Below, in pieces: positions 11,079 through 20,546 of a stretch of 64,000 bases of DNA. The stretch comes from Gammaproteobacteria bacterium (GTDB taxonomy: Bacteria; Pseudomonadota; Gammaproteobacteria; JAURND01), in contig JASGJS010000001.1 of NCBI GenBank assembly GCA_047601185.1, positions 1,153,118 through 1,217,117 on the forward strand, written 5' to 3'. How positions within the stretch are numbered: position 1 is the first letter of the stretch; each line of letters starts with the position of its first letter. The notes beneath the pieces are model-generated. The model was not told the origin of the DNA, did no database searches, and saw only the letters and a list, made by a program, of their open reading frames with translations. The position numbers were made by a program, and so were the translations under genes.

Positions 11079-12085
11079 ATGAGCACTCAACTTAGAGAAA
11101 GAAAAAAAGTTCAAGTCGAACAATCTTCCAAAGAATCTACTTTTCAAGAAGCGCTAGCGTGTATTCAGAAAGCTCAGATTCAAAAAGCAATTACGCTTCT
11201 AAAAACGGTTGCATCAAGAGGTTATCCTCCCGCTTATCTTTATTTGCATAAAATATTTCGAGATAATCGGCCTTCCCATCCTAAGCAAGATCCTGCCATT
11301 ACCATCCCCAGCGATAAAGATGATGAATTGTTATATTATAATAAGAAAATTCTTGAATCTTCCGTTTGGTTTTTAACGCAAGATGGGGGACTGACAAAGA
11401 TATCAAAGCTGCTTTCCAATCTTTCCGCGATGCTGCAGAACAAGATGATGCAGGAGGGCAGGAAAATTTAGCAAGTTGCTATGCAGAAGGTAGCGGGGTA
11501 GATAAAGATCTTAAGACAGCATTCAAGTGGTATCAGACTGCGGCTTTAAAAAAGTATATTCCTGCGCAGAATGCTTTAGGATTTTGTTATGAGCGTGGGG
11601 AAGGGGTTGAGAAAAATATGGCAGAGGCAGTGAGGTGGTATCAGGCCGCAGCGTTACAAGACTATTCCGCAGCTCAATTTAATCTAGGGTTATGTTATCA
11701 GAGAGGCTTAGGCGTTAAAAAAGACTCAGATCGCGCAATTCAGTGGTATCAATCTGCAGCCCATCAAGGATATGCGAACGCACAGTCCAGTTTGGGTCAA
11801 TGTTATGCAGTAGGCCTAGTGGGAGGTAGCAAAAATCTAGAACAAGTATGGGAGGAGCCTATCATAAAGAATCAGAGCGCATGTGTAGATAACGACATTG
11901 AACGATTTTTGTCATTGGGGTACAGAGGATTTCCTGCCCACGATAAACCGACGCGAAATTTTTTTCCAGTTTTAGGTAATCGCTGTGTGGAGGGGAGATT
12001 GATTTGCCAGGCAGGTTGTGTTGAAGGAATGGTGCTCAATTCAGTTTCAAACCAGCGTGGTAAATTCATGATGGACACAGCATAA
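11079..12085 (+). pseudogene. Sel1-repeat (SLR/TPR-like) protein, frameshifted near 11388 at a G5 tract
   Basis: Two overlapping ORFs in different frames. The downstream frame carries consecutive Sel1 repeats (KAAFQSF..AAEQDDAGGQENLASCY, AFKWYQTAA..., AVRWYQAAA..., AIQWYQSAA...). The junction lies inside a Sel1 motif at caagatgggggactgacaaagat. The last ~200 nt overlap the convergent TPR gene. Confidence 0.6.
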
Positions 12086-13035
12086 TCAAAGGGAGGCGGT
12101 GGACTTGTCTCTGCCCATTCACTCACACCTAATTGTGGGAGTTTTTTTAAAAGTTCAATTAAAGCAGGTGGTGCCCCTAAAATAATGATGGCACCTCGTT
12201 GTTTAAGCAACGGTAAATAACGGATCATTTGAAATGCATCGCCATTGCCCTGATCGCAACAAACCAATAATCGGCGACCCCGTATATCTTCCCCTTGCCA
12301 GGGTGTTTTATAGACATCCAAATTTATGAATATGGGTCCTTTCCCTTTCATGAAACAACGTTCATACCCTTGCCAGCCGTCTTTATAATTTCCTAGTTTC
12401 AGAAGCGCTAGACTTCGGTTTTCGTGTGCAATGGATTTTGTAGGATCGGCTTTGATGGCTTGGTTTAACGTATCCAAAGCAGCCGTTATCTTATTTTGAC
12501 ATTCTTGATGAAAAGCATGATTAATATAAGCCCACGCTTTTTCCGCTTCTGGCAATGATTCCAAGGCTTGTTGATAAGTAGCCTCCGCTTCTTGGTGTAA
12601 TCCTTTTTCAATTAAAGCATTGCTGAGGGTAAGATATATAATTCCCTGTTTAAGGTCATCCTGTTCGTCCACAGTTAATGATTGCCTTAACAACTCAATC
12701 CCTCTATCTACCAAGCCTCTCTCGACATAAACCGTGCCAAGCATAGCAAGACTTTTTTTATGATAAGGATCTACAACTAATGCATGTTCGTATGCCTGGA
12801 TTTCTGAGCTGGTGTATTTTAATTGCGCGAATAGGCAGCCCAAGAAAAAATGATCCTCCGCAGATTGTGGTGGGTTTAAATAATAGGCATAAAAACTTTC
12901 ATATAACGCTTGTTCTATGTTTCCTGCTTTAATATAGACTTTGGCTAATTCCAGATGCATGTTAGCGCAATTTGGTGTGATCGCTATGGCATGTTTATAA
13001 TCGCTAATTGCCTGATAAAATTCCTTTAGATCCAC
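11872..13035 (-). pseudogene. TPR-repeat protein with C-terminal GT9 (heptosyltransferase)-like domain; N-terminus split off by IS3 insertion (remaining 5' fragment ~14263..14396)
   Basis: TPR repeats throughout, and a C-terminal CDQGNGDAFQMIRYLPLLKQ motif like the GT9 N-motif. Removing the IS and one TSD copy restores an in-frame upstream exon MNDILNQPASLSPS...AISRSIAFNPKDAASYVARAKVCVDLKEFYQ. The GTG at 13035 may allow reinitiation. Confidence 0.6.
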
Positions 13036-13074
13036 GCAAACTTTCGCACGTGCAACATAGTGTCAACTTCCCCT

Positions 13075-13926
13075 TTAGTGAGACATTTCTAAATTAGAGT
13101 TTTCCAGTTTAAGTTTTTCTCGATAAACACTTGGCGGTAATCCGCCCAGGCTATCGTGGGGTCTTTCATCGTTATAATCTATCCGCCAATACCAGGCCAT
13201 ATCTCTTACCTGAGAGATAGATTCAAATAAATATATATCTAAAAATTCTCGGCGAAACGAGCCGTTAAAACGTTCTGCAAATCCATTTTGACTTGGCTTG
13301 CCAGGCTGAATATGCAATAACTCAATTTCATTCGCCTCACACCAATCAATAAAAACCGCTGAAATAAGTTCTGGGCCGTTATCCAATCGCAACTGTTTCG
13401 GCAGCCCTCGTTCTTTTTTAAGCTGCTCCAAAACTCGGATAACACGCTCCGATGGCAAGGAGGTATCAACTTCTATAGCTAAACATTCTCGCGTTCCTTC
13501 ATCAATAATATTCAACGTTCGAAATCGTTTGCCGCAATATAAACTGTCATGCATAAAATCAAGCGCCCATTGATGATTTGCTATTGCCTGTATAACGAGC
13601 GGCTTAGCTATTCGCTTTGGTAATGCTCGCTTTATTCGTCGAGGTTTATTCAAACCCATCGCTTTATAAATACGATAAACTCGCTTAAAATTAAAGCCAT
13701 AACCCTTACGCCGCATGCGTTTAAAAATCTTCCAAAAACCTGCTTGCGGAGATTTTTTAAGCTCAACGTTAATAGCATCAATGACCACTGCATCCGCTAT
13801 CCGCCAATCTTTAAGTGGACGGTAGTAACTAGCCCGACTTAACCCTACTAGCCGACATGCCGTGCTGACTGGCAACCCATATTCACAAAGATCTTGAGCA
13901 GCTTCGCGCTTATCTTCAGCTACCAA
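13075..13926 (-). CDS. IS3-family transposase OrfB (DDE integrase core)
   Basis: 283 aa with a DDE/rve core (..LDNGPE..., ...ERFNGSFRREFL...). Normally expressed as an OrfAB fusion by -1 frameshifting. Confidence 0.85.
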   Translation of the reverse strand: MVAEDKREAAQDLCEYGLPVSTACRLVGLSRASYYRPLKDWRIADAVVIDAINVELKKSPQAGFWKIFKRMRRKGYGFNFKRVYRIYKAMGLNKPRRIKRALPKRIAKPLVIQAIANHQWALDFMHDSLYCGKRFRTLNIIDEGTRECLAIEVDTSLPSERVIRVLEQLKKERGLPKQLRLDNGPELISAVFIDWCEANEIELLHIQPGKPSQNGFAERFNGSFRREFLDIYLFESISQVRDMAWYWRIDYNDERPHDSLGGLPPSVYREKLKLENSNLEMSH

Positions 13927-14189
13927 TCCTTTTTTTTAATAAGATGCTTTAAAGCATCATTTTCTAAACTTAAATCTGCAAACATTCGTTTTAACTTGTT
14001 GTTTTCTTCTTCAAGTTCTTTAATCCGTTTAACGTCTGACGCTTCCATACCGCCATACTTGCTTTTCCAATTGTAATAAGTTGCATTACTTATGCCATAT
14101 TTACGGCACAGCTCTTCAATCTTAAAGCCAGCATCGCCTTCTTTTAACATGTTAATAATTTGGGTTTCCGTAAACCGTGTTTTTTTCAT
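13920..14189 (-). CDS. IS3-family transposase OrfA (HTH)
   Basis: 89 aa: MKKTRFTETQIINMLKE...YGISNATYYNWKSKY plus a leucine zipper. It ends at the AAAAAAG slippery site. Confidence 0.85.
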   Translation of the reverse strand: MKKTRFTETQIINMLKEGDAGFKIEELCRKYGISNATYYNWKSKYGGMEASDVKRIKELEEENNKLKRMFADLSLENDALKHLIKKKDW

Positions 14190-14506
14190 AGTAGCCTCCT
14201 GAGGATAATATCTCAGAAAACTCTAATCGTGTCTGTCTCAGTTTAAGGGAAGCTGACAATAGGAAGCTGCATCTTTTGGGTTAAATGCAATGCTCCTGCT
14301 AATGGCTTTGAATTTTGAGTTTGTTCTAAAATCTTGGTTGTTTGACACGGTTTCCGATGGGCTCAAACTGGCGGGTTGATTTAATATGTCATTCATTAGA
14401 TTACTCCCTTTATCGTGGTGTGAATACCAAACCCGGTTATCATAAGTTTCTAATGATGTTAGGACAATTTGTATTGTTGCTGCTATGCTGCTGCTGTGTG
14501 AGGTTT

Positions 14507-15715
14507 CTAGACAAGTTGAGACAAGAAGCTCAGGGCAGGCACTATAATAGGTGTATGATATTCAAAACAATTGATTTCCTGATAAGGTAAATCAATGACC
14601 ACTTGAAAGGCGTGAGGTGCTTGAGTTTGCTTTTGAAAGTAATAAAGATTTTCACTGATAGAGCGGTTGTTTTGGGATTTTACCTCAACTAAAAACCAAG
14701 GCTGATTGTCTTTGGTGACCAAAAAATCCACTTCGCGTTTTTCTTTGTCACGTAAAAAATATAACCCATATTCGCCTAGCCCTCGATCTTCCCACCAATG
14801 AATCGCTTTTAACAAGTGCGAAGCAATCATATTTTCATTGCGGGCGCCGATGTTTTCATTGTCTGCCCAATTCCATAAATAGATTTTAGGTTGCTTGATT
14901 AATGAACGAGTAATATTTTTTGCCCATGGTTTAATATCAAAGCAATAATAAAAACTTTGCAGGGTATTTAGCCAAGCTTGAATGGTGTCTGCACTGACTC
15001 GTACCAATTTAGCCAACTGTTGATAGTTGGCTAATTCACCGCTTTGCTTTTTTAATAGGGTTGCTAAAAATTTCATCTGCGCAAATTCGTGAATCCGGGT
15101 TAGTTCACGTAGGTCCAGATTGAATAATTGCTCAGAGCGCAGCTTTTCCCAGCGACGGTAAAAGGTTTGTTTTTGTTTGCTGAATGGTTCTGGAAAACCA
15201 CCAAATTGGATTAAGCTGGAAAACAAATCCTTTTCGAGTTGTTGCGGTAGTTGGATTTCAGTATCGGAAACGGTTGTACGTATTAATTCAGCAACGGATA
15301 AGGGATGCACTCGATAGGGAAAATAACGGCCCATTAGGCTGTCACCCGCGCGACGATAAACATCTAATTTTGAGCTGCCTGTGACAATAAAGTGCATCAA
15401 CTCAGCATGTTTATCATAAAAGCCTTTGAGATAATTTCGCCAGCGTTTTAATTTATGGATTTCATCAAAAATTAAAATGGGTTTTTCAGCTTGCGGTGCT
15501 AATAAATGATAACGCGCCAAAATTGCTTCTGGGCCTTCTAAAATGAGCGTTTGATCTTCTTCATAATCCCAATTCAAATAAACCAGCTCTTGGGTTAAGG
15601 CGGCAGCCGTTTTGCTGATAGTGGTTTTTCCAACTTGTCGCGGGCCAGCGAGGAAGACCATTTGCCGATCATGGCGCAAATGGTCTTTCATGATCTGGGC
15701 ATAAATGCGTTTCAT
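14507..15715 (-). CDS. AAA+ ATPase, DUF4143-type (AAA_14 N-domain)
   Basis: 402 aa with Walker A LAGPRQVGKTT and Walker B ILIFDEIH. Paralogue of the 16830..18029 gene. Confidence 0.7.
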   Translation of the reverse strand: MKRIYAQIMKDHLRHDRQMVFLAGPRQVGKTTISKTAAALTQELVYLNWDYEEDQTLILEGPEAILARYHLLAPQAEKPILIFDEIHKLKRWRNYLKGFYDKHAELMHFIVTGSSKLDVYRRAGDSLMGRYFPYRVHPLSVAELIRTTVSDTEIQLPQQLEKDLFSSLIQFGGFPEPFSKQKQTFYRRWEKLRSEQLFNLDLRELTRIHEFAQMKFLATLLKKQSGELANYQQLAKLVRVSADTIQAWLNTLQSFYYCFDIKPWAKNITRSLIKQPKIYLWNWADNENIGARNENMIASHLLKAIHWWEDRGLGEYGLYFLRDKEKREVDFLVTKDNQPWFLVEVKSQNNRSISENLYYFQKQTQAPHAFQVVIDLPYQEINCFEYHTPIIVPALSFLSQLV

Positions 15716-16205
15716 AGGCGCGTTCTCTGGCTTAACTATTGACCATTATAGAGTATACTAGATTTTAGTCAAGACTAAAAAAGGTTAGGGTCGTTTTTGG
15801 TCGGATGAAAATGTCATCTTTGCTCGCAATAAAGAATTTGATAACATATTGATTAATAGAGACTTTTCATGGGAGTATGGATTGCGCTCCATCTATAAGC
15901 TAAAATATCGTGGAATGCATTCCATTCAATGATGTTAAGGGGAGTATTGATTTCTTCAATTTTTACGATATCATGTTAAAGTGAAAAAGATTAGATAAGG
16001 TCGCAAAAATGCAGCATATCTCTATAGCTCAGCTCATCAGAATTGCAATTAAGGAGTATGGTGATGCACATCAAGAACAGACAGATACAGAAGTCGATTA
16101 TTTATTGCAGCAAAGCAAAGGAATCTGGCCTAATGAAGATGGATTGAAATATCAAATCAACCTACGAACAGAATAGCGAAATTAATTTTTAGTCATCATA
16201 TTTGA

Positions 16206-16727
16206 TCAAGCTTTGAGATCAAAATGATAAACAGGTTGATATTGTCCTGAAATACTATTAAATAACGTCAAACCTGTTACCGATTGTCTCTCGAATTGAG
16301 TTGGTGGCACTGTGCTTAAATCAAAAGATTCATCTATCATTTTTCCTAAAGTGATGTGGGGTAAAAATGGTCTAGGGTCATGCATAATACCTATTTCTCT
16401 TAGATGAGCCTCTAAACTATTGAATAATTGGCTGAGGGTATCGTTGGGTTCAATATTGAGTGCAAGCAATCGAATTTTATTTTGCGGAATGATAATACAT
16501 TGTTCAGGTTTGAGGGTAAATACAGGGAATGACAATAGAGTATTTTCAATAACAGGAATTAGTTTGGGTAATAGAGTGTCGGAAAGATCACCAAAAAATC
16601 GCACAGTTAAATGTAGCTTCTCTAATGGAACAGGTTTTATTGCCTTGGCTAAATTTCTGTTATATAGATTGATGGCGTGTTGAAGGGCAGAATCTAACGG
16701 GATCGCTAAAAATAATCGGTAATCCAT
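16206..16727 (-). CDS. thpR: 2'-5' RNA ligase / 2H phosphoesterase (LigT/ThpR family)
   Basis: 173 aa carrying the two H-x-T/S-x motifs HLTVRF and HITLGK typical of the 2H superfamily. Confidence 0.75.
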   Translation of the reverse strand: MDYRLFLAIPLDSALQHAINLYNRNLAKAIKPVPLEKLHLTVRFFGDLSDTLLPKLIPVIENTLLSFPVFTLKPEQCIIIPQNKIRLLALNIEPNDTLSQLFNSLEAHLREIGIMHDPRPFLPHITLGKMIDESFDLSTVPPTQFERQSVTGLTLFNSISGQYQPVYHFDLKA

Positions 16728-16776
16728 ATTTATCTCAGGTGGTGATTGTTGTAGTCATTATACGGCGCTAAACCGG

Positions 16777-16822
16777 ATTTTCAATGAAAATCCTTGACAA
16801 GCACCGAATTTTCAATGAAAAT
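16777..16822. promoter_or_regulatory. Two copies of perfect palindromic 15-mer ATTTTCAATGAAAAT (16777-16791, 16808-16822) flanking a TTGACA -35-like hexamer in the ligT / DUF4143 divergent intergenic region
   Basis: Exact duplicated dyad-symmetric sites 31 bp apart, immediately upstream of the ATPase start. Classic operator-over-promoter architecture. Confidence 0.5.
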
Positions 16823-16829
16823 CCCAATT

Positions 16830-18029
16830 ATGACCTATTTTCGTCGACTAATTGCCGCTAATATCCAAAGCCACTTAAAACGGGGTAAGAGCATTTTATT
16901 GCTTGGGCCACGCCAAACGGGTAAAACGACACTGATTCATCAGCAAATCAAGCCTGATATCCATTATTCTTTCGCGCAAGCTACCACGCGCTTACGTTAT
17001 GAGCAGGACCCGGCTTTGCTGGAAAAAGAGCTAGACCTCAAAATCCAAGCTTATAAAACTAAGGGCGAGTCTCCCATTATTTTTATTGATGAAGTACAAA
17101 AAATCCCGCGCGTTATGGATATTGCCCAACACCTTATTGATAATAAATCAGCAAGATTTATTTTAACAGGATCTTCTGCGAGGAAATTAAAAACGGGTAA
17201 AGAGATTAATTTGTTGCCGGGTCGAGTGGTGGCTTTGACTATGACTCCCTTAATCTACGAAGAGTTGCCAGATCCAAAAGCTTCTCTAGAAGAAATTTTA
17301 CTCTATGGCAGTCTGCCTGGCATCATGAATGAGTCAAATCTTGAAATGCGTGAAATAGATCTGTATTCCTATGTCACCACTTATTTGGAAGAAGAAATTC
17401 GAGCAGAAGCTGCAGTCAGAAATATTGGTAACTTCGCGCGTTTTTTGGAAGTGGCAGCGGGAGAATCAGGAAAACAATTAAATTTTACTCGGTTGTCCCA
17501 AGATATTGGGATCTCCGATACGACAGTGGCAAATTATTATCAATTATTAGAAGATTGCTTGATTTTACAGCGCGTTGATCCTATCACTAAAACCCAAACT
17601 AAACGTCGACTGATTAAATCACCCAAATATTTATTTTTTGATCTGGGGATTAGGCGTGCCTGCGCCAATGAAGGTGCAAGGTTGTCCCAACAAATGATGG
17701 GACATTTATTCGAACATTATATTGGCAATGCCTTGATTTGGCAGCTTGAACTTATGCTCCCGCAAGCTAAAGTCAAATATTGGCGAGATGCAGCCGGACC
17801 AGAAGTGGATTATGTGATAGAAATTTTTCATCAATACATTCCCATTGAAGTCAAATGGACAGAAAAACCCACAGAAACTGACGCTAAATATTTGAAGATA
17901 TTTCTGGAAGCTTATCCTGAAACCAAGCAAGCTTATATTGTTTGCCGTTCCCCTGAGCCCTATCTATTATCCGATAAAATTATGGTATTACCTTGGCAAA
18001 AACTTGGAGACATCAAACACATACCATGA
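16830..18029 (+). CDS. AAA+ ATPase, DUF4143-type (paralogue)
   Basis: Walker A LLGPRQTGKTT and Walker B IIFIDEVQ. The start is set at MTYFRRL by alignment to the paralogue; the ORF track starts 36 nt upstream. Confidence 0.7.
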   Translation: MTYFRRLIAANIQSHLKRGKSILLLGPRQTGKTTLIHQQIKPDIHYSFAQATTRLRYEQDPALLEKELDLKIQAYKTKGESPIIFIDEVQKIPRVMDIAQHLIDNKSARFILTGSSARKLKTGKEINLLPGRVVALTMTPLIYEELPDPKASLEEILLYGSLPGIMNESNLEMREIDLYSYVTTYLEEEIRAEAAVRNIGNFARFLEVAAGESGKQLNFTRLSQDIGISDTTVANYYQLLEDCLILQRVDPITKTQTKRRLIKSPKYLFFDLGIRRACANEGARLSQQMMGHLFEHYIGNALIWQLELMLPQAKVKYWRDAAGPEVDYVIEIFHQYIPIEVKWTEKPTETDAKYLKIFLEAYPETKQAYIVCRSPEPYLLSDKIMVLPWQKLGDIKHIP

Positions 18030-18068
18030 GTGAGCGTTCGTCATCCTTTCAGGGTTGGAATTTTTATG

Positions 18069-18758
18069 GCTAAAATTTTATTAGTTGAGGACAACAAAAA
18101 GCTCGCAAACTATATCCAAGACTATTTGCAAAACTCAGGACATCAAGTGAACCACGAAATACGTGGAGATAAGGCGGTTTATAGGATATTAGCTGAACAG
18201 CCCGATATTGTGATTTTAGATATCATGTTGCCTGGGTTGGATGGAATACAAGTATGTCAAACGGTGCGTCCGAGTTTTTCTGGCATGATTTTAATGCTGA
18301 CAGCTTTAGGCGAAAATGAAAGTCAATTTACTGGCCTGACCAGTGGTGCCGATGATTATGTGATCAAACCGGTTGATCCGAAAATTTTAGCTGCTAGAGT
18401 GGCAACTTTATTACGTCGTAAACAGCCCAGCCATAGACCTCAACACTTACAATTTGGATGGTTAACTCTCGATTTGGTGCAAAGAACCGTGAGGCTAAAG
18501 AACGAGTTTATTGCATTAAAACCCTTAGAATTTGAATTACTGACTTTTTTGGCTACCAATGCTGATCATGTTGTGAATAGAGAAAACATCATGCAAGCCT
18601 TGCGCGGCATCAGTTATGATGGAATCGATCGAACTATTGACTTGCGCATTTCCTATTTGAGAAAAAAATTGCATGATAATATAGCGCATCCATTTAAAAT
18701 TAAAACGATTCGCGGTAAAGGGTATGTATTTATTTCAACTGCTTGGGATAAGGGATGA
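18069..18758 (+). CDS. OmpR-family two-component response regulator
   Basis: MAKILLVEDN..., phospho-Asp context IVILDIMLPGLDG, and a C-terminal winged-helix (..IRGKGYVF). Confidence 0.85.
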   Translation, partial: AKILLVEDNKKLANYIQDYLQNSGHQVNHEIRGDKAVYRILAEQPDIVILDIMLPGLDGIQVCQTVRPSFSGMILMLTALGENESQFTGLTSGADDYVIKPVDPKILAARVATLLRRKQPSHRPQHLQFGWLTLDLVQRTVRLKNEFIALKPLEFELLTFLATNADHVVNRENIMQALRGISYDGIDRTIDLRISYLRKKLHDNIAHPFKIKTIRGKGYVFISTAWDKG

Positions 18759-20347
18759 TTAAACTACTTTTTAAATACATCATAAGTTTTATTTTATTAG
18801 GGTTAGTGGCTGCTGTATTACTTTATATGGCAGCTTCTCGCCTACATGCGCATGGCATAGCGCAAACAATGAAGGCCATGAATTATGGCGTATTACAGAA
18901 TTTACAAATGGAGCTGCAGCATTATCCACAAAAAAATTGGTCTGATTTGATTAAGACCTTGCAACCAAAAGGGGGCAATGAAGTACAACTTTTATCCATT
19001 TCTCAAATTAAGTTGTCTAAAGAAAAATTTCAAGATATCCTCGCGGGAGAGTTTGTTATCATTCCTGGAGAGACGTCTTTTTATTTTGGCTATGGTGCAC
19101 AAGCACTGAATTCTTATCAGCGAATCGGTCAGAGTGATTATGTCTTACAAATGTCAGATATTCCGATGGTGGTTATTGCTCAAAGAGTTTCAGCATGGAC
19201 GGTACAACTGATCAGCTTAAATTTAAAAAAGCGTCCCACGAGTCAGTGGCCAAGTGCTTTGCAATCATTACAAAAAATTTATGGTTTTCCGCTGACCCTG
19301 AGCAAATTTTCAAGCTTAACGCCATCCATAAAAGCTGAAATAGAAAAATATGGAATAGGCTTATCAGATCCTAAACAAACTCACGGTCAGATTCGATATG
19401 CGTATGCTCCGCTTTTTAATAACGCCATATTAAAGATTGGTCCCATTGCTTACCCGGCATATGCACAGTATCTACATTACATTTTAATTGGCATTTTTAT
19501 TGTTTTGGTTGTTGCTTTCATTATTTTACTGGTTTGGATATTGAGTCGAAATTTAGAAAAAATCTATCAAATAACTGTTCAATACAGTGAAGGTAATTTT
19601 TCATCTCCCCCAGTTGTAAGTAAACACTCTACATTGAGAACTTTATACGATAATATATTAAAAATGGGCGATAAGATTCAAACTTTAATGACGACGCAGC
19701 GTAATTTAACCCGATTTGTGGCGCATGAGTGTCGAACCCCCGTATCAACGATGTTATTTGCTATTGAACATTTAGAACAAGAGTCTTTATCAGAAAATAG
19801 CAAAAAACAGTTAAGCAGTATTAAGGAAGATTTGGGAGAGTTGGATAGTCTTATTTCCGACTTTTTAAATTATGCGAGATATAGTAATGAGGATCTTAAA
19901 CTAGATAAAAAGTTAAATGATGTCAATGCTTGGCTAAAAGATTGCATTGAAAAATATCAGCTTTCCCCTCTTCCTGTTAAACTTATTTCGCACGCTCCAT
20001 CAGGAAAATGTTTTCTGTTTGATCCAAATTTATTGCGCCATGTGATGACAAACTTGATTAATAATGCCTTAAAACACGCAAAATCCCAAGTGCAAGTTAT
20101 TTTAGAAATGGAAAATAATCACTTATTAATTCATGTTGATGACGATGGAAGCATCATAGAGAATGCGGAAAAATTGAATCTATTTGCTCCCTTTGTTCGT
20201 TTAGAAGAAAGCGCCAATTATAAAGGATTTGGTTTAGGCCTGAATATCGCTGAGATGATTGTTAAACGACACCAAGGCGATATCCAGGTGGCGGATTCGC
20301 CATTAGGCGGAACGCGTTTCACAGTACTTTTGCCGTGTTTAAAGTAA
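18755..20347 (+). CDS. Sensor histidine kinase (partner of upstream regulator)
   Basis: Two TM segments, H-box HECRTP, N-box NLINNALKH and G-boxes GFGLGLNIAEMIV..GGTRFTVLLP. A 4-nt overlap with the regulator gene indicates an operon. Confidence 0.85.
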   Translation: MIKLLFKYIISFILLGLVAAVLLYMAASRLHAHGIAQTMKAMNYGVLQNLQMELQHYPQKNWSDLIKTLQPKGGNEVQLLSISQIKLSKEKFQDILAGEFVIIPGETSFYFGYGAQALNSYQRIGQSDYVLQMSDIPMVVIAQRVSAWTVQLISLNLKKRPTSQWPSALQSLQKIYGFPLTLSKFSSLTPSIKAEIEKYGIGLSDPKQTHGQIRYAYAPLFNNAILKIGPIAYPAYAQYLHYILIGIFIVLVVAFIILLVWILSRNLEKIYQITVQYSEGNFSSPPVVSKHSTLRTLYDNILKMGDKIQTLMTTQRNLTRFVAHECRTPVSTMLFAIEHLEQESLSENSKKQLSSIKEDLGELDSLISDFLNYARYSNEDLKLDKKLNDVNAWLKDCIEKYQLSPLPVKLISHAPSGKCFLFDPNLLRHVMTNLINNALKHAKSQVQVILEMENNHLLIHVDDDGSIIENAEKLNLFAPFVRLEESANYKGFGLGLNIAEMIVKRHQGDIQVADSPLGGTRFTVLLPCLK

Positions 20348-20395
20348 CGTATCCATTCGGCACCCAAGGAAGCTGGTGATGCCATGAAGCTTGAA

Positions 20396-20457
20396 GTGGT
20401 GAGCTGTTTCCTTCTCCCCTTGTGGGAGAAGGTGGCCGAATAGGTCGGATGAGGGGA
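20396..20457 (+). repeat. Family-A hairpin repeat copy, abutting a partial family-C terminal repeat (20352-20378)
   Basis: gagctgtttccttctccccttgtgggagaaggtggccgaataggtcggatgagggg. It is preceded by tccattcggcacccaaggaagct, which resembles the family-C TIR. Confidence 0.8.
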
Positions 20458-20546
20458 AAATCGATTTAAAACGAATATCTTCTTTGCGATTGAGACTTAT
20501 CTTCTGCTGTCAACCCCCCATTTTTAGTACAACGCATAAGTAGAAA

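Larger units (their letters stand above)
13060..14258 (-). mobile_element. IS3-family insertion sequence (1199 bp) with 4-bp target-site duplication ATAG
   Basis: Imperfect terminal IRs tgtcaacttcccctttagtgagaca / tgtcagcttcccttaaactgagaca. orfA and orfB overlap at an A7G slippery site. ATAG direct repeats sit at 13056-13059 and 14259-14262. Confidence 0.88.

Noticed and set aside
14342-14590. 82-aa plus-strand ORF
   Set aside because: Lies in the region that is the displaced 5' exon of the IS-split TPR gene (opposite strand) and overlaps the DUF4143 ATPase 3' end. No motifs.
16009-16176. 55-aa ORF MQHISIAQLIRIAIKEYGDAH... as a possible RHH antitoxin
   Set aside because: Too short, with no partner toxin ORF recognisable. 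Kept only as a remark within the DUF4143 module finding.
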